64,000 bases of DNA from Podarcis pityusensis (lineage: Eukaryota), in the NCBI GenBank assembly GCA_964106645.2, contig OZ078259.1, one strand, 5' to 3'. Shown one piece after another: positions 52,201 to 64,000 of this stretch. Positions within the stretch are counted from its first letter, which is position 1; the number at the start of each line of letters is the position of its first letter. The notes beneath the pieces are model-generated. The model worked only from the letters and a program-made list of their open reading frames with translations, did not search any database and was not told the origin of the DNA. The translations under genes were made by a program, and so were the position numbers.

Positions 52201-55200
52201 TACAGCCTCTACTACTTGTTTGCCTCCTTCCAAAGTGTCCTCCCTTGGGCAGATTGCAATCCTGAGTGGGCCAATGCAAATTGCAGCAAGACGAGGCTAG
52301 GTAAGACTTCCATAGCAGCAGACTGTTCTTTCAAGCTCATTCAATAATCCTTGATCGTGTTGCAACTTATTTACAGTAAACTGATGCCGTGGTCTCTTGC
52401 TGTTGCTGAATGATGGCTTATTTGGCGTCTGGATTAGTGCATCATTTTTCTTTACCCCTCCCAAATGGTGCCTCAGTATATAAGTGCAATGTTGCAACAG
52501 TCCATCACACATCAGTGTGTGACCAAGAAACAGGGATGGACTCTGCAAATGAAGCGTGTGGACATGCATAGGTGGCACTATACAGTTAGAAGCGAGTTTG
52601 GTTATCTGTGGCCAAGTCACCATGGGCAGAAAGCAAGCTGGGACCCTACTGCTAACGGTGTCCTCTAAGTCTGTAGTGGTTGGCAGGGTGGGAAAGTGGC
52701 TCTTACCTGGTTTCCTGCCCACTGTGTCACTGCGGAAAGGGATGAGGCTGGCACAGTTCAAACACACTGGCAGAACCAATCTGGCACTCCAACCAATGCA
52801 TTTGTACTATGCTGACCTCACCACTCCTTCTTTTGGGTAAGCTGCAGCAAAACTGGAGACGGGAGGTCCGCTAAGCACCGGTGCCCCCCCCCCGACTGTT
52901 ACTACACTAACTGCAACCTTCCCCCCTCCCCCCACCTGCATCTACTTGTCTGGGGAAATACAGAGTTTGCCTCCACGCTCAACAACTTCTGTTCATTTGA
53001 ACCTCCATGTTACCAGTATGGAATGTGGACTGATAAAACACTGCAAAAGAGCAATCTTGATGTGGTCATATGTATGATTGCAATGCAAGGAAGCTCTGTA
53101 GTACAATGGTAGAGTAGCCCAGGATCTCCAGGCTGGGCCAGGATAGACTTCCTGTACAAAGCCCTGGATAGTCAGTGTAGACAATACTGAGTTAGATGGG
53201 CCTATGGTCTGACTCAGTCTAAGGAGGCTTCCTATGTTCAGTTCATTTTTCGGGGTGATCTACTGATAGGTATAGGCATCCATAAGGTAAAGGTAAAGGT
53301 ACCCCTGCCCGTACGGGCCAGTCGTGTCCGACTCTAGGGTTGTGCGCCCATCTCACTTAAGAGGCCGGGGGCCAGCGCTGTCCGGAGACACTTCCGGGTC
53401 ACATGGCCAGCGTGACGAAGCTGCTCTGGCAAACCAGCACCAGCGCAGCACTCGGAAACGCCGTTTACCTTCCCGCTATAAAGTGGTACCTATTTATCTA
53501 CTTGCACTTAAGAGTGCTTTCGAACTGCTAGGTGGGCAGGAGCTGGGACCGAAAGACGGGAGCTCACCCCGCCGCGGGGATTCGAACCGCCGACCATGCG
53601 ATCGGCAAGCCCTAGGCACTGAGGTTTTACCCACAGCGCCACCCGTGTCCCATACATAGTGGCATCCATACATAGTGGTAAAACACCACACCAAGACTCT
53701 TAATACACCTGGATGTGCAGTCACATTGAGATGGCCTGTTTTCTACAGTGTTTTAACCTATGTGTGCAAGTGCTGATACAAACTGACAAAGCACCACATA
53801 AAAAGAGCCAATGCAATTGGGGTGTTAATTGGTGGCTATCAGGTCCCCCATCATTTTCTGTAGTCCAGTCTTCCCTGGCCTGGTTCCTCCAGGTGTTCCT
53901 GGCCTCCAGCTCTCAGTATTAGCAGCCAGCATGGCCAGTGGTCAGGGATGACGGGGATTAATAATACAGCAGAGTATAGGTTCCTACACAGCTCAGCACC
54001 AAATTACCTGGAAGACCTGCTTTATCTCTTATACATTCACTGTGCTCTGCAGAAGAGTTTCTCCTGCAAGTTCCAAAGATCTCAGAAAGCCTGCTTTGCA
54101 GTAACCTGGAGCAAGGCTTTTAGTGTGTTGCCCCTGTCTGTGGAATAGCATTCTTGTTGATATACAACAGACGACCATCACCTGCACCTTGTAGAAACCA
54201 TTGGAGACAGTTTTGCTCCAACAGGCTTTCCCAGTTAGATAAAATGGCTCTTTACCATAAGTGTTCACTGGTTACGGTTTTAGTTTTGCTCTAAAGGTAT
54301 TTGCTGTTTTTCTGTTTCTAACTGTTTTTGTCATATGTATAAATCACTCTGAGAGAGGTTTGGGAAGTGATTAATAAATGTGACAATGACAACAACCACA
54401 ACAACATCCATCAACATCAAGGTCCCCATCCTTGCTTGTTCCGTACAGACACACACCCTTTGTGTCATTGCAATGGGCATTCTGCTCATAAGAAATGGTC
54501 AGAGGTCAAAATCACACTGGGGGTTAAAAATGTTTTTGCTGCTGTTGCTTCACATACCCCTTCCTTCTGCAGAACTGCTGAGCAACACTTTTTTGTCTTT
54601 CAGTGTTAAACTGCAACATTACATTAGAGGATGAGACTACTATCAACGCGAATTACTCTTGGGTTGAGAAAAACAACCACACCTGCATCAATGGCACCAA
54701 GGTGTTTGCGAACACCCAGGCTCCCAGCGAACAATACTGGAAGTGAGTCCTGGGCCTGTTGCTCTTCCAGTTGAAATGTGGTCTGCAGGTGTCATTGGGT
54801 GCCCTCAGTGGGTGGAGGGGCTGTGGCTCAACAGCTACACACAGAAGGAACTCAGGTTTGATCCTTGGCATCCCCAGGTGGAAAAATGCCTAGTCAGTGT
54901 AGACCAGCATTCGCCCAACCTTGTACTGTCTGGATGTTTTAGACCACGACTCTCGTCGATGGCCAGGGATGATGGGCAGCAAGTGGAGAAAGAAGGTACA
55001 GACAGCATTGAGCTAAATAGGCCAGTGGTCTCACTTAGCCAAACTCTAGTACACACCAGATTTTTAAAGCACATTCAGAGCACACCACCCCAAAAAGAAT
55101 CCTGGGTTCTGTAGTTTGTTATCGGTGCTGGGAACCTTAGTTTGGTGAGGGGTAATCTACCATTCCCAGGTTTCTTTGTGGGGAAGAATGTGCTTTAAAG

Positions 55201-58200
55201 GTCTGGTTTGCATACAGTCGTAGGCAACTACCTATGACCTTTAAAACAATGGCATTGTGAGGTAAGACTCTGCTGACCCCCATTTTACAGATGGGGAACT
55301 GAGAAACTTGCCCAAGGCCACAAACATGAGCAACAGGGTTCTTCCATATCCAAGCTGACCTTTGTCCATCCACCTCTATCAACAACCTTTTTGCAGCACC
55401 CCCCCCCAAAAAAAAACCCCAATTACTACCTATCCTGAAGCAGTTTAACAACACAGGAGGGCAGATCCTGAAATGTTAGGCAGTTTTGTCTCCCACCCAA
55501 AACTCATTGATCATTAAGCATCTACCTAGGTGACCCCTTTGTTCAGGTGTATACAACCTGAAAGGGGCAGGCAATGGAGAGTGGCAATGACACCTGAACA
55601 CAACTAATTTGCAGGTGTGTCACCTGCCCTGCTTCTTTTGTGCACTAATCATTATGGGTTGCGGCACATTTGCCCAATGAGTAATATGAGTAATAAAAGC
55701 TACGTTGTTAGTGAAACAACATGGTACAGCCTCCAGAAGAGAGACATGGATCCTGGTTTGCTTTGAGAAATGTGACATTGCCAATATTGCTTGGGAAACC
55801 TTGCAAGCTGGTGGTGGGACTTCACAAGATCAGTTCTCCAAGCTCAAAACCCAGAGGCAAAAGAATCAGTGCCCAGGGCCAGGATGAAACCTTGGCAAGC
55901 TAGATCTGGTTCAGACACGCAGACGTAGTGTATGACCAAGTCAAGATTAAGCTTTGTTTGTTGTCAGAGGAAATCTTGGTGAATCAAAACCAAATAGCTT
56001 CTAAACCCCTTTGTCTGGCCTGTAACATATTCTTAGGCCATTCTCCCATCCCTGGGTGAAATAAAAGTTCCTAAGCCAAACTGGGGTCTGCAGGATGTAG
56101 GAGCCCCTTTTGGAGGTTACACAGATGCCTTCTTTAGAACACCTCATTTTGCACAGCTGGCTACAGCACTCCGTTCTAAGTGATGTCTTTGCTGATGCTT
56201 CCCTTGTCTCCCCCCAGCAACAAGGTCCTTCAGCGTTCAAGTGGCTTAGACGAGACCGGGGAGGTTGTGTGGTACCTCGCTCTCTGCCTTCTCCTTTCCT
56301 GGCTGATTGTGGCAGTGGCCTTGTTTAAAGGAATCAAGTCTTCGGGAAAGGTAGGCTTAACCCAGACACGTTGGGCTACCAGCTGCAGTGCCAGCCTCCT
56401 TTGCGTGAGAAAAGGACATAATCAGTCCACCAGATCTGCTCTCCCTCTCTTTGATCAAGCCTGTGCTCCAATGGGATGCAAACACATTGAAAGGAAAACA
56501 CTCAGATGAACTCCCTGCTCAAACCCTGGAGAGCAACTGCTTCTCAAGTGCATACTGTACTGAAGTTGATGGACAAAGCAGTTTCCCAGGTCCAGCCCTT
56601 TATTTAGAGTGAGGCACTGTTTTCAAGGGGAGGGTCATAGGTCCATGGTAGAGGGTCTGCCTTGCATGCAGAAGGTTCCAGGTTCAATCCCCAATGTCAG
56701 GTAGGGCTGAGAGCTGTGACCATCAAAGAACCATAGAGATGTTGAATTGTAGAGTTGGAAGGGACCCTAAGGGCCATCTAGTCGAAACCCCTGCAATGCA
56801 GGAATATGCAGCTGTCCCATACGGGGATCGGACCTGCAGTCTTGGCATCATCGACATCGTGCTCTAACCATCTGAGCTATCTAGATGTAGACTTTACTGA
56901 GTTAGGCAGACGAGTTGTCTGACTTGGTTTACAGCAGCTTCCTATGCAGCAGTGGTCAGGCCCACTCTAGAAAATCCAGAATAACTTTGGATAGTTCAAG
57001 CACCTTTGGGCACCAAAGCAAGAGTACCAGCAGCCACTGCCTAGACTTGTGTTCACAGATACATGAGCTTATGAGAGCCTGCATTTCTTTCCAGTCAGCC
57101 GCAATGGCATAATTGTCCCCTTGTTTCAATGTGGGATGTTCAGGCTTGTTTCATACCTATCTACAGAATAAAAATCTCCCTTGAGAAGAGGTTGTGCAAC
57201 ATAGCTCAGAACTCCCTTGAGTTGGAAGAGAGTTCGCATTCACACCATGCATTTAAAGCTCTTTAAACCTCCCTGGCTTCTTTCCTCAAAGAATCCTGGG
57301 AGCTGTAGTTTAAGGGTGCAGCGGCAATTTTCAGAGTGGTTTAACAGTCAATCCCTCTTCACAGGGAACTCTGGGAACTGTAGCTCTGTGGGGGCAATAA
57401 GGGGGTCTTCCAACAGTTCTCAGCACCCTTAACAGACTACAACTCCCAGAATTCTTTAGGGGAAACCACGACTGTTTAAGGCAGTATCATGTTTTAAATT
57501 CAGGGTGGCGAGAGAGAGAAATTTAGAGGGTTATCCATCTGCATAGGGTTTCTGGCAAGTGGTGGTGGTGAAGCAATGAGAGGGCTTCTGTTTGTGAGAG
57601 CAGAACCAGCCTGGCTGGCTCAGTGATGACATCCTGAGAGTGCAATGATTATTCTAAGCACTGCTAAGCTCAGGGGCCGACTCCCTTTCCTTCTCCAGTC
57701 ACTGAGAAGCATCGGCAGGGTGATTCCACTAAAATTAGCAGTTAAGAACGTGGCAGAGGAGTCTAGTTTGGCACGGCATTTGGGTTCTCCTAAGCAATTC
57801 TGCAGGGCCAGCATAGAAGGACAAGTTTGGCAGGAAGCTGTGGGTTGCTCTTATCTATGTTGCTCATCTGGAGGTGATCCCAAGGACAAGAGCTGAGGCT
57901 CCTGTGGGGTATCACCAATGGGAGTGTCCTCACTCGTGCACACAGTCACTCACACACTCATGCATTCCAGAGAACCTGCACGACTGCTCACAATTGCAGC
58001 AGAGGAGTGGGAGGCTGTTCCCCAGAAGGAAGTTTTGCAGTACCGGCAGGATTGAGGGAGGGGCCATCACAAATGCAGATCAGCTGCTTTGCATGTAGAT
58101 AGAAGGAACAGCTTTTACAATTATAATTATTTTCAAGAAATATTTTATATAGGCAATCATTGCACATATTATTTAACAACTGTATGTATGTAATGCACAG

Positions 58201-60818
58201 TGCTTTATTTCTAGGGAAAATGGTGCCAGTATGCACCATGCCCCCCCATCTCTCCCACCCTGCTGCTTTTTGCCTGTTTGCACACACACCCCGCCACCAT
58301 GCTGGCCCCCACTTGCCCACCCATGCGCCCACTCCCTCCCCCCTCACACCTTTGCCTGCTACATCCTAGAAGTGCTTTGGCGCAATCCTTTTACAATCAG
58401 CAAAGTGCCTTCCAGGAACTTGCCTGACAATCACAAAAGGATTGTGCCAAAGCGCCTCTGCCCTGGCACCACCTTTTTACAATAATCAGGCACCGACCTG
58501 AAAGGCTTTGGCGAAGATAAAAGGGTCACATGAATTTGTAGCATGGGGGCGGGGGGAGAGGTGGCAATACAGCCTACTGGTGCATACCACCTTTAAAAAA
58601 AATGCACTGGTTTTATATTAAATAGCTCTGGGACACCATTTATTTATTTATTTATTTATTTATTTACTTACTTACTTACTTTATTTATTTAATAGATTCA
58701 TAGTATTGTAGAGTTGGAAGGAACCCCAAGGGTCATCTAGTCCAACCCCCTGCAGTGCAGGCATCTCAGCTCAAGCATCCATGACAGGTGGCCATCCAAC
58801 CTGTCTTTAAAAACCCCCAAGGAAGGAGAGTCCACCACCTCTCAGGGGAGTGTGTTCCACTGCCAAACAGCTCTTACTGTCAGAAAGTTTTTCCATATGT
58901 TTAGTCAGAGTCTCTTTTCTTGTGACTTGAAGCCATTGGTTCGAGTCCTTCCCTCCAGAACAGGAGAAAACAGGCATATTTCTTCCTCCATATGACAGCC
59001 CTTAAGGTATTTGAAGATGGCTATCATATCTCCTCTCAGTCTTCTCTTTTCCAACATATTATAATATCCAACATAATGATATTATCATTATCATTATTGT
59101 ATCATTGGGTGATTGATGGGTGGGCATCTCTGCCCATCTGTCAGAATGACCTGTGGGTGCTGAGGGACACAAGGCATCCATCTCATTGGCTGCAAGTGGC
59201 TCCCTGCTCCAGATCTAGTGAAATCCTCCATTTAAGACTCACTCCCACCCTGACTCCACCTTCTACATCCTCCTCCCAAATCCAAAATTTTGATCATTCC
59301 TTCATTTCTTTTCTCATCACCACAGATTGTTTACTTCACAGCAATCTTCCCCTACGTTGTCCTTGTGATATTGCTGGTCCGAGGTGCCACTCTAGACGGT
59401 GCTCTGGAGGGCATTGAGTTCTACATTGGAAAGCAGTCTAATTTCACCAAGCTCACAGAGGCAGAGGTGAGTGTGTCCTGGCAGGTGGTGGAGTTGGGCT
59501 GAGCACGGCTTCTGCCAGATATCAGCACAGCACACCACAGAACAGCACAGAAGGGCCACAGAAGGGTCAGTGTTAGAGCACTGTCTGGGAATGTCCCCTG
59601 CCTGAAAACTTGGAACGCTGCTGCCCGTCAGTGTAAAGTGACAATACTGAGCTAGATATGCCCAGGGATCTGACTCTAGGGCTGGATCTACACTGATCAG
59701 GAGAACGCTATAAAAATGCTATAAAAATATTGCTCTCAGGGCAATTTCCCACTGGTGACAGATTGCTGCTCTACAGTCCCCTCACACTTTTATAACACAT
59801 TTTTAACAGTATAACTCACCCGTGTAGATTAGTCCTAGGTAAGGCAGCTTCTTATGTACCATTAAATCAGCTCTTTATCTTCAACGATGAAAAGCCTTAC
59901 CTTTTAAGAGAAAGGTCATTGGTGCATGGTAGAACAACTGCTTTGCGTTTGGAAGGCCCCAGGTTCAATCCCCAACGGACTTTCCAGGGCTGGGGTGTCC
60001 TCTCCTTGAAACCTTGGGGAGTCATGACCTCTTAACATCTCCATAACTGGGCTATGGACCAATGGTCTGACATTATATAAAGGAGCTTCCTATGATGTTC
60101 CTAAGAGGGATTAAGTCCCTGTTATCCTCTTTCCACACTACTGATAACAGGCAAAGTGGGAATTCCTACATACCTCCCCTCTGCACCCCCCCCCCCCAAA
60201 TGTATGAGTTCCAGTGTGGCATTAAAAATGCATCATTTCCCAGTCTGAACATGGCAGGCATCGTTGCAAAAACTTCCTGTTGTCTAACATTGCTGGATGA
60301 AGAGAGCAGGGACGTTATATTTTAAAAAAATAAATATGAGCAGAATCAGGCCACACACCTAAACTTCCCCTTGTTCCTCAGAGATGTTTCCTCCACTGTC
60401 AGAAGAGGATGTTGGACTAGATGGGCCCCCTTGGGCCTGACCCAGCAAGCTCTTGTGTTCTTATGTTGGCTACCCCAGCCTATACCTGTGTACAGCAGCC
60501 TTTGCAACACACATGCCTATTACATTGCAGGGATTGTGATGCAATAATATCTATATTGTCCACCCCCACCTCCATCTGTCTTTCTCAAGGTCTGGAAAGA
60601 TGCTGCCACGCAGATTTTTTTCTCTCTGTCTGTTGCGTGGGGAGGGTTGGTCGCCCTCTCCTCATACAACAAATTCAACAACAACTGCTATTCGGACGCC
60701 ATTTTTGTCTGCGTGATAAACTGCCTCACAAGCGTCTTTGCTGGTTTTGCGATTTTCTCCATCTTGGGACACATGGCACACGAGGCAGGCAAGAAAGTCT
60801 CAGAAGTCGTCGATTCAG
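45630..60818 (+). CDS. SLC6A14: SLC6A14 (ATB0,+), partial spliced CDS, exons 1-8: join(45630-45677,49357-49516,50164-50295,52136-52300,54604-54742,56218-56350,59326-59466,60590-60818); continues past the window
   Basis: All introns are GT-AG with compatible phases (0,1,1,1,2,0,0); 1147 nt are open. The translation matches SLC6A14 motifs: [67 protein letters not shown]. Confidence 0.95.
46145..46329. mobile_element. hAT MITE in intron 1
   Basis: TSD ggtagttt / gttagttt; same family as 27312. Confidence 0.8.
48484..48714. mobile_element. Tc1/mariner MITE, CAGTGGTACC family
   Basis: TA TSDs; TIRs cagtggtacctcgggtta / taacccgaggtaccactg. Confidence 0.88.
49233..49271. repeat. (TC)n microsatellite upstream of exon 2
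   Basis: Seen directly. Confidence 0.95.
49357..49516 (+). CDS. SLC6A14: SLC6A14 exon 2 (TM1)
   Basis: DFTLSTEK...[36 protein letters not shown]; acceptor ttaaag, donor gtaggc. Confidence 0.95.
50164..50295 (+). CDS. SLC6A14: SLC6A14 exon 3 (TM2)
   Basis: [44 protein letters not shown]; acceptor ggcag, donor gttggc. Confidence 0.95.
51020..51487 (-). mobile_element. Solo (partial) Copia-type LTR in intron 3, related to the LTR at 14988-15573
   Basis: Shares the terminus tacatcccaca and internal blocks (ccctcttaaaa, agtttact(c/t)ac, gaaggcagac, aggaatgtt...ttgactgc). No clear TSD, so the left end is approximate. Confidence 0.7.
52136..52300 (+). CDS. SLC6A14: SLC6A14 exon 4 (TM3 and start of EL2)
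   Basis: [55 protein letters not shown]; acceptor tttag, donor gtaaga. Confidence 0.95.
53285..53651 (-). mobile_element. Sauria SINE in intron 4
   Basis: Full head gggacacgggtggcgctgtgggtaaaacc and (ACCTTT)n tail; ggcatccata duplicated in the flanks. Confidence 0.9.
54604..54742 (+). CDS. SLC6A14: SLC6A14 exon 5 (glycosylated EL2); not in the supplied ORF track
   Basis: [46 protein letters not shown]; acceptor tttcag, donor gtgagt; phases 1 and 2 fit the neighbouring exons. Confidence 0.92.
56218..56350 (+). CDS. SLC6A14: SLC6A14 exon 6 (TM4)
   Basis: [44 protein letters not shown]; acceptor ccccag, donor gtaggc. Confidence 0.95.
58640..58690. repeat. (TTTA)n/(CTTA)n microsatellite
   Basis: Seen directly. 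Confidence 0.9.
58696..59055 (-). mobile_element. CR1 3' fragment in intron 6
   Basis: catagtattgtagagttggaaggaaccccaagggtcatctagtccaacc..., the reverse complement of a CR1 3' end. Confidence 0.75.
59326..59466 (+). CDS. SLC6A14: SLC6A14 exon 7 (TM5 and EL3)
   Basis: [47 protein letters not shown]; acceptor cacag, donor gtgagt. Confidence 0.95.
59680..59835. mobile_element. PIF/Harbinger-like MITE nested in a tRNA-SINE tail
   Basis: Imperfect TIRs ggctggatctacac / gtgtagattagtcc; 3-bp TSD tag. Confidence 0.6.
60590..60818 (+). CDS. SLC6A14: SLC6A14 exon 8 (TM6-TM7)
   Basis: [76 protein letters not shown]; acceptor ctcaag, donor gtagac. Confidence 0.95.
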
Positions 60819-61091
60819 GTAGACTGGAGAAATACTGTTTAGATCCATCTATGGCTGTCTACTTTTAAGGGACATTTAAAGCATGCGACACTTCCCCCCG
60901 CCCGCCCCCCGAATCCTGGAAACTGCAGTTTGTTAAGGGTGCCGGGAATTGCAGCTCTGTAAGGGGTAAACTACAGTTCTCAAGATTCTCTGTGCTTTAA
61001 ATGTATGATGTGTTCATAGTTCATGCCTGGCTGAAGACGCACCAAATGTATTTGTCCTGCAGTGGCTGCTTGACAAGGAGGACTATAAGTA

Positions 61092-61722
61092 CCGTATTTT
61101 TCGTTCTATAGGACGCACATTTCCCCCTCCAAAAACTAAGGGGAAATGTGTGTGCGTCCTATAGAGCGAATGCAGGCTGCGCCGCTAAGCCCAAAGCCAG
61201 AACAGGAAGACGGAGCACTGCGGAGCGCTCCGTCTCGCTGTTCTGGCTTGGGAACAGCCTTGCTAGCTTCTGCAGGACAGCGGGGTGAAGGCACCCCGCT
61301 GCCCTGCAGAGGTTTGCGCGCAGCCCTCCCCAAGCTAGAGCAGACGGCTGCGCGCAAACCTCTGCAGGGCAGTGGGGTGCCTTCACCCCGCTGTCCTGCA
61401 GAAGCTAGCAAGGCTGTTCCCAAGCCAGAACAGTGAGACGGAGGGCTCCGTCTCGCTGCTCTAGCTTGGGGACGGCTGCGCGCAAACCTCTGCAGGGCAG
61501 CGGGCCGCTGCGCTCCAAAGGCTTCAGGGATCTTTGAGGCTGGCGGTGGGGGAAAGCAGCGCTTCCCCCCACCGTCAGCCCCACAAGCTCTGGAGAATGT
61601 ACCTTGAACGCACCTTGTTTTGGAGGGGGAGAACAAGAAAAAAAATCTTTTTCCCTGTTCTCCCCCTCCTATGATCCGGTGCGTCCTATGGTCCGGTGCG
61701 TCCAATGGAGCGAAAAATACGG
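61092..61722. mobile_element. Tc2/pogo-like non-autonomous element in intron 8 with a long internal inverted repeat
   Basis: TA TSDs; ends ccgtatttttcgttctataggacgcac / gtgcgtccaatggagcgaaaaatacgg; same termini family as 2881 and 33113. Confidence 0.88.
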
Positions 61723-63141
61723 TAATCTTGAGAAATACGGATTATGGGATTCTCTGCATGTTTGCTCAGAGTAGACGTGAGGGTGGGAGGCTCAAGACAG
61801 CTGTAGCTCAGAATCTTCTTTTTAAATCCAAATTACAGCAATAATTTTATTTGCTCAACCAAAGTGCTGGTCTAATTGCTGTTGGCTGCCAATTAATTAG
61901 CAGTTAACAGCCAAGTTACAGGTGCTGGCTTAAGTGTATAAAGCCCTATGTGGCTTGTGACCAGGAAACCTGAAAGATTATCTCACCCCAATCAATTACT
62001 ATGCTCTGCACATGAAGGCCTCCTTATCTGGAGATTTCTTCCACACAAGAAAGAAATCAGGTATTTTGTGTTGTGGTACCTATCCTATGTAACTCCCTCC
62101 CATTAAATATTAGACAGACACTTCCTCTGATGTTTTTTCCAGTGCCAAGTGAACACCTTCCTCTTTTAAATGGAGATCTTTCCCAGTCTGTGTTTGTACT
62201 GGAATTATTAAGTTAGTGGTTTGCTGCCCTCCGTTATTTGGGGAAGGGATGAATCGGGCCTAATTTTAAGAAGCAAATGATTTAATGATAAATAAAATAT
62301 CACAATGATAGTGTGCCAGCTTTTCATCACGCTAGATACTAAGCAGTAAAGGTTGGGTGGAGGAAAGGCTGGCTGGTGTTGAAGCCATGACCCTGTGTGT
62401 ATCTGCCTGCAGTCCTGACCTGGAATGTGGGGAGAGAAAACGGACATTCAAATGTGGCGCTCTTGGGTGTTATAGAGCAGCAGTGGGCTATGGTAAGCAT
62501 CCCCTACTTGTGTGTAGGGGTGGGGGGGAAATTCTATGCAGTTTGCATTTAAAGTTGGATCTATCAAATTTGCACTTTTGAGAAGTATATGAGAAGCAGA
62601 GCACAGCCAGCCAGCCATCAAAATTTGCACTTCTCCAAATTTGGCAATGCAGCACTCCTACCAACCAATGTTTACAAAAATGCTTATTTCAGAGAAAAGC
62701 ATGCCTAAAAAATGAAAGCATTCGTGGAAATGACATACAAAAATGCATTCCATTAGGTATTTGTTTGTTTGTTTCCTGCCCTCCCCGGAACTTGGAAGTG
62801 ACTTGCAGAAATGTTTGCAGTCAAAATAACATACAAAAAATGTGTTGATTAGGAACACACACACCAAAAAAATGATGAAACACTGGCGTATTTTCATGCC
62901 TCTGTACACTAAGAAAGTACACCAATTGCTTCAAGAATGTAGAGAATCTAAGACCGAAAAAGCAAACAAGCTGGGAGAAGCAAAATAAAAAAGATCCTTC
63001 CATTAATTCTCCTGAGCTTTCTTAGAACTGTGACAAATTGGATCCTAGCCTTACCATGAGGCAGAGAGAGAGCTGAGGGTACAGAAGGATGGGGAGCGAG
63101 CACAGGTTTGTGTGCCCTGCCCCATACCCTATATGGTCGCC

Positions 63142-63954
63142 CAGTGGTTTTCAACCTGTGTGTCGTGGCCCCCGGGGTGCCTTGAATGATGGTCAGGGTG
63201 CCACGGGCAACCCTGGCCTCTGTCCCTCTTTCGTTCCCTCCCTCCTCGGATGCCCTCTCTCAAGCCTGCCAAAGGCTTGCCCAGCTGTTTGCTGCAGCAG
63301 CCCTGGCTATAAGCTCCGCAGGCAAATGGTGCCTCTGGGACTGGCCAGGGGGTGCTGGTTGCCAGGAGCTGAGGGGCCTCAGAGTAAGCAAGCAAGTGGG
63401 TGAGGGAGCCCAGACAGCGAGTCCACCAGCCCTTGCTGTTGGGAAATGGACAGACGAGAGGGAGGCTGGGCAGGCAGCCAGCCATTACACTGGCCTTTCT
63501 TCTACTTGCTGTGTGCAAGGCCTGCCTGGGAGGTGAGTGCCCTGTGCTAAAGGGGAGCCCTTCCGCCATGCAAGCCTGGCAGCATCTGCTGCTGCCACTG
63601 CTGCCTCCCAAGGTGAGTAAAGTGCTGGCGTCACATTCACCTTTGGCCAGTGTCCATCAGGCTGCTAAGGCTGGGGGCATCCTCTTCCCAGCCCCCCCCC
63701 CGGGGGGGTGAGGAGGCACCTCTCTTTGTGGGGGGGGGGTGGAAGCAGCTGCCCAGAGGACTCCCAAGGGGAGGGGAGGGGAGGCTGAGGGAACACTCCA
63801 CAAGGGAGGGTGTTTGAAAAAGTGTGAGAGGCTGCCAGCTCTGCAGGCAAGGGGGGGGGGGGACACAACTGATCTCCTGAGCCCCACAGGGGTGCCACAG
63901 AAAGAATGTAGTTGGTCAAGGGAGCAGTGGACCCAAAAAGGTTGAAAACAGCAG
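63142..63954. mobile_element. Probable hAT (Charlie-like) non-autonomous element
   Basis: Termini cagtggttttcaacct / aggttgaaaacagcag; no TSD recognised. Confidence 0.45.
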
Positions 63955-64000
63955 GTGCTACAGAGGATGCTGCCCCCTGACATGTGGGGAGACGCCACCT

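Noticed and set aside
45630-60818. Assignment to SLC6A5 (GlyT2) or another SLC6 paralog
   Set aside because: The short N-terminus, SDYLLSM, FVTIYYN and [13 protein letters not shown] fit SLC6A14; GlyT2 has a long N-terminus and different motifs.
61136-61705. 189-aa minus-strand ORF with internal repeats
   Set aside because: It lies wholly within the palindromic MITE and is a by-product of its structure.
60819-64000. SLC6A14 exon 9 (GFDLAFIAYP-like)
   Set aside because: Not found in the remaining sequence; presumably beyond the window rather than lost.

Overview
Vertebrate genomic DNA from a squamate reptile, most likely a lacertid lizard (inferred from Sauria SINEs and the repeat landscape). 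Positions 1 to ~45,000 are intergenic and rich in transposable elements: L1, L2, CR1 and RTE-derived retroelements, Sauria and tRNA-derived SINEs, a Copia LTR derivative, and many hAT, Tc1/mariner and Harbinger-type MITEs with visible TIRs and TSDs. From ~45,000 to the end lies the 5' part of SLC6A14 (ATB0,+, a Na+/Cl- dependent neutral and cationic amino acid transporter) on the + strand: a CpG-island/TATA-like promoter and coding exons 1-8. All splice sites are GT-AG, all phases are compatible, and the 1147 coding nt are open. The gene continues beyond the window. I see no convincing new multi-gene system. The most unusual observations are: (1) a 1044-bp Copia derivative with a perfect 5-bp TSD whose far end is an LTR-like 12-mer inside pol; (2) MITEs with palindromic interiors, one forming a 98-bp duplex in SLC6A14 intron 8; (3) an isolated perfect 33-bp inverted repeat; (4) an N-to-D change in the conserved NGGGAF motif; (5) an unassigned block of decayed coding-like sequence at ~21-25 kb. 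Repeat family names come from motif recognition, not database searches, and boundaries without TSDs are approximate.
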